Positions 57,262 through 59,730 of a stretch of DNA of 59,730 bases are shown here, in pieces. The notes beneath the pieces were generated by a model that was given only the letters and a program-made list of their open reading frames with translations, was not told the DNA's origin and ran no database searches. The stretch is from an uncultured Candidatus Bathyarchaeia archaeon (lineage in GTDB: Archaea; Thermoproteota; Bathyarchaeia; Bathyarchaeales; Bathyarchaeaceae): assembly GCA_964347555.1 (NCBI GenBank), contig CAYFZT010000001.1:1-59730 (forward strand), given 5' to 3'. The position numbers and the translations under genes are program-made. How positions within the stretch are numbered: position 1 is the stretch's first letter; each line of letters opens with the position of its first letter.

Positions 57262-58172
57262 AGTTTGACGTCTTAGGCTTTGGCGCCTTAAATGTAGACA
57301 AACTCTACAAGGTTAACAAGATCGCAAGAGAAGGTGAAGAAAGCTTTGTCACAGACTTTCATGAAGCACCAGGGGGTTCAGCAGCAAATACGATAGTTGG
57401 CTTAGCACGCTTAGGCTTAAAGACAGGCTATATTGGAAAAGTTGCTAATGATCCAGAAGGAAAACTACTGCTAAGGGATTTCAAAAAGGAAAAAGTTGTC
57501 ACAAGCGGTATACTGATCGCTCCAACTGGAAGAAGCGGTGTTGTCACTGGCTATGTCGACATTAAGGGACAAAGAGCCTTGTATGTAGACCCGGGTGAAA
57601 ACGACACTTTAGAATTTAAGGACATCAGTTTGAAATATGCAAGCAACGCCAGTTTTCTGCACCTGACATCTTTTGTCGGAGAGAAGCCTTTCAAAGCGCA
57701 AGAGAAGCTGGTTGAGAAGTTGCCTGATGTTCGGGTAAGTCTAGACCCTGGCGAAATATACGCAAGAAAGGGCTTAACCGCTTTGAAATCTCTTGTTGAG
57801 CGAAGCTACATTGTTTTTCCTAATGGAAATGAGGTTAGACTTCTCACTGGAAAAGGATTTAAAGAGGGCTCAAAAATCCTGATTCAGAAAGGTGCAGGTA
57901 TAGTTGCAGTGAAGCTAGGTGATAAGGGATGCTATGTTACTGATGGTAAAGAAAGCCATCTTGTTGAGCCTTATTCTTCAGAGGTTGTGGATACAACTGG
58001 TGCTGGCGACGCCTTTTGTGCTGGCTTTCTATATGGCTTAATTAAAGGCAAAGACCTCTACACATGCGCAAAGCTTGGAAACTTCGTGGCTTCCCGTTGC
58101 ATAGCAAAAATTGGTGCAAGAACAGGATTGCCCGAGCTTTCAGAGTTGAAAAGGCTAAAATTTCTTCGTTAA
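57258..58172 (+). CDS. PfkB-family carbohydrate/nucleoside kinase
   Basis: GFGALNVD, GGSAANT, and DTTGAGDAFCAGFLYG (anion hole/catalytic Asp). ATGA overlap with the Ftr paralog. Confidence 0.8.
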   Translation: MKFDVLGFGALNVDKLYKVNKIAREGEESFVTDFHEAPGGSAANTIVGLARLGLKTGYIGKVANDPEGKLLLRDFKKEKVVTSGILIAPTGRSGVVTGYVDIKGQRALYVDPGENDTLEFKDISLKYASNASFLHLTSFVGEKPFKAQEKLVEKLPDVRVSLDPGEIYARKGLTALKSLVERSYIVFPNGNEVRLLTGKGFKEGSKILIQKGAGIVAVKLGDKGCYVTDGKESHLVEPYSSEVVDTTGAGDAFCAGFLYGLIKGKDLYTCAKLGNFVASRCIAKIGARTGLPELSELKRLKFLR

Positions 58173-58991
58173 ATACTCTGTCATGGAGTCAATGATTAGT
58201 CTTCCATCCCCATATTTCTGAACGTACTTTCTTCTTGTCCAGTCGGGTAGTTGCCAGCCGTAATAGGCTCTTTCTGGATGGGGCATCAAGCCAAATATTG
58301 TTCCCTCTGGATTACAGATGCCTGCGATGTCGTAGAAGGCTCCGTTAGGGTTTGCTGGATACTTGCCATTTGCATACTCACCCTTTTCATTACAGTATCT
58401 GAAAACTAATTGGTCGTTTTCAATAAGCCTTCGCAAACATTTCTCCTCCTCTTCTTTTGGAAACATGAATCTGCCTTCAGCATGCGCAATTGGAATCCTT
58501 ATCATCTTGTCTCTCGGAATTTTCTGCGTAAATAAACATCTGCCCGAGTTTACATGTTTGAGATGAACCCACATGCAACGGTATCCAATAGGCTCATTCG
58601 TCGCTAAGGCTGCTTGTGAATACTTACTGCTTCCTCCATCAAATCCAGGCAGCAATCCAGCTTCAACCAGCACTTGAAAGCCATTACAAATACCCAAAAC
58701 AAGCTTTTCTTGTGCAATAAATTCCTTAAGATCTCGTTCAAGCTTGGCTAAGATTCCTTTAGCCCATATGGCGCCAGCTCGCACATAATCGCCATAGGCG
58801 AAGCCACCTGGAAAAACGAGGGCGTCATAGCTGAGAAGGCTCTTCTCCTTGATTATTTTGTTTAGATGAACGATTTCGGCTTTGACGCCTGAATCTTCGA
58901 ATGCGCTTTTGGTTTCTGCGTCACAGTTGGTTCCTCCAACCCGCATAATGCATACGTTAACGTCCTCTTTTTTCACAAGGCTAACCTCCAA
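58155..58991 (-). CDS. purQ: FGAM synthase, glutaminase subunit
   Basis: GTNCD, PGGFAYGDY, catalytic GICNGFQVL, and MPHPER. Confidence 0.85.
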   Translation of the reverse strand: MEVSLVKKEDVNVCIMRVGGTNCDAETKSAFEDSGVKAEIVHLNKIIKEKSLLSYDALVFPGGFAYGDYVRAGAIWAKGILAKLERDLKEFIAQEKLVLGICNGFQVLVEAGLLPGFDGGSSKYSQAALATNEPIGYRCMWVHLKHVNSGRCLFTQKIPRDKMIRIPIAHAEGRFMFPKEEEEKCLRRLIENDQLVFRYCNEKGEYANGKYPANPNGAFYDIAGICNPEGTIFGLMPHPERAYYGWQLPDWTRRKYVQKYGDGRLIIDSMTEYLTKKF

Positions 58992-59730
58992 AAGTGCTTT
59001 TCCAAGCGTTTCTGAGTTCTGCTAGGCTTGCATCTACAACTGGCCTGTCGTCTGTTCCATACACAAGCAAACTCTTTTCCCCCTTCACCCTACCCACAAC
59101 TGAAAAGTCAACACCTTTTAGTAAAGCTTCAAAATCTTCACGCCTTTTTTCTTGAACCTCAACCAGAAAACGACTGTTAGATTCAGAAAACAAGATGAAA
59201 TCGTTTCTTTGCATGTTTCCTGGTCTGGGAACGCTCTCCAAGTATAGGTTGATTCCGTAGTCGCCTGTGAAAGCCATCTCTGAAATTGCAGCTGCTAAGC
59301 CTCCTTCAGAAAGGTCGTGGCAAGCCTCAACACAGCCAGCATCAACAGCTTTAACTATTGACTCTATGATTTTTCTTGCTTGAGGCATTCTAACTTTGGG
59401 CACAGTATTGCCTAGAAAGCCTCTCAACTTGTAATATTCGGAGCCACCCAGCTCCGGATAGGTTGAACCAAAAATATAGATGAGGTTTCCAGCTTGTTTG
59501 ACATCCAAGGACACCGCTTTTCTCACGTCAGGAATAACTCCGACTGCTGTGATTAGAAGTGTTGGAGTAACAGGACCTAAAGGCGACTCATTGTAGAGGC
59601 TATCTTTGCCAGAGATAAAAGGGGTTCCAAAGCCTTTCGCAAATCGGTAACAGGCTTTGCATGCCCTCACTAAGGCGCTCATTCTATCCGTCTTTTCAGG
59701 GTTGCCCCAGGTGAAGTTGTCAAGCAAGGC
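58981..59730 (-). CDS. purL: FGAM synthase subunit PurL, C-terminal part (gene runs off the window)
   Basis: LDNFTWGNPEKTDRM...ACKACYRFAKGFGTPFISGKDSLYNE and HDLSEGGLAAAISEMAF. The frame is open to the window edge. Confidence 0.85.
   Translation of the reverse strand, partial: ALLDNFTWGNPEKTDRMSALVRACKACYRFAKGFGTPFISGKDSLYNESPLGPVTPTLLITAVGVIPDVRKAVSLDVKQAGNLIYIFGSTYPELGGSEYYKLRGFLGNTVPKVRMPQARKIIESIVKAVDAGCVEACHDLSEGGLAAAISEMAFTGDYGINLYLESVPRPGNMQRNDFILFSESNSRFLVEVQEKRREDFEALLKGVDFSVVGRVKGEKSLLVYGTDDRPVVDASLAELRNAWKSTFGG

Overview
This is an archaeal chromosomal segment. It carries archaeal-type information-processing genes: aEF-2, fibrillarin/Nop5, ABCE1, KEOPS Cgi121, a crenarchaeal-type OB-fold SSB and a RuvB-like TIP49 ATPase. 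It also carries an H4MPT-pathway formyltransferase (ftr) and a three-subunit 2-oxoacid:ferredoxin oxidoreductase. The combination suggests a TACK/Thermoproteota-type lineage such as Bathyarchaeia, but that is inference only. Layout, left to right: (1) a serine hydrolase whose 3' end is fused to a tyrosine-recombinase remnant, then an intron-containing tRNA-Gln and a small accessory-looking block (two ArsR-type regulators, a surface glycoprotein, a decayed receiver domain); (2) housekeeping genes (ABCE1, isoaspartyl peptidase, THUMP, Cgi121, a PRTase, ftr, a GS-like gene plus a HutI-like gene); (3) a membrane block with a Zn-ribbon / coiled-coil / SPFH-Zn-ribbon operon beside rhomboid and HtpX proteases; (4) kor genes, TIP49, fibrillarin/Nop5, aEF-2 and SSB; (5) an ABC-2 exporter, MtaD-like deaminase, ADH, beta-helix surface proteins, an MFS transporter and an orphan ChlI-ChlD fusion; (6) a purine-biosynthesis supercluster (purE, purC, purP, purM, purF, purD, purQ, purL) interrupted by alaX and by a three-gene module of a HAD-fold protein, a divergent second Ftr paralog and a PfkB kinase. 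That module is my best candidate for an undescribed function. No CRISPR array, rRNA gene or intact mobile element was seen. Four reading-frame irregularities (receiver domain, NosD-like gene, alaX 3' end, purD start) may be real decay or assembly errors. All calls rest on reading the supplied translations and the DNA by eye; no searches were run.
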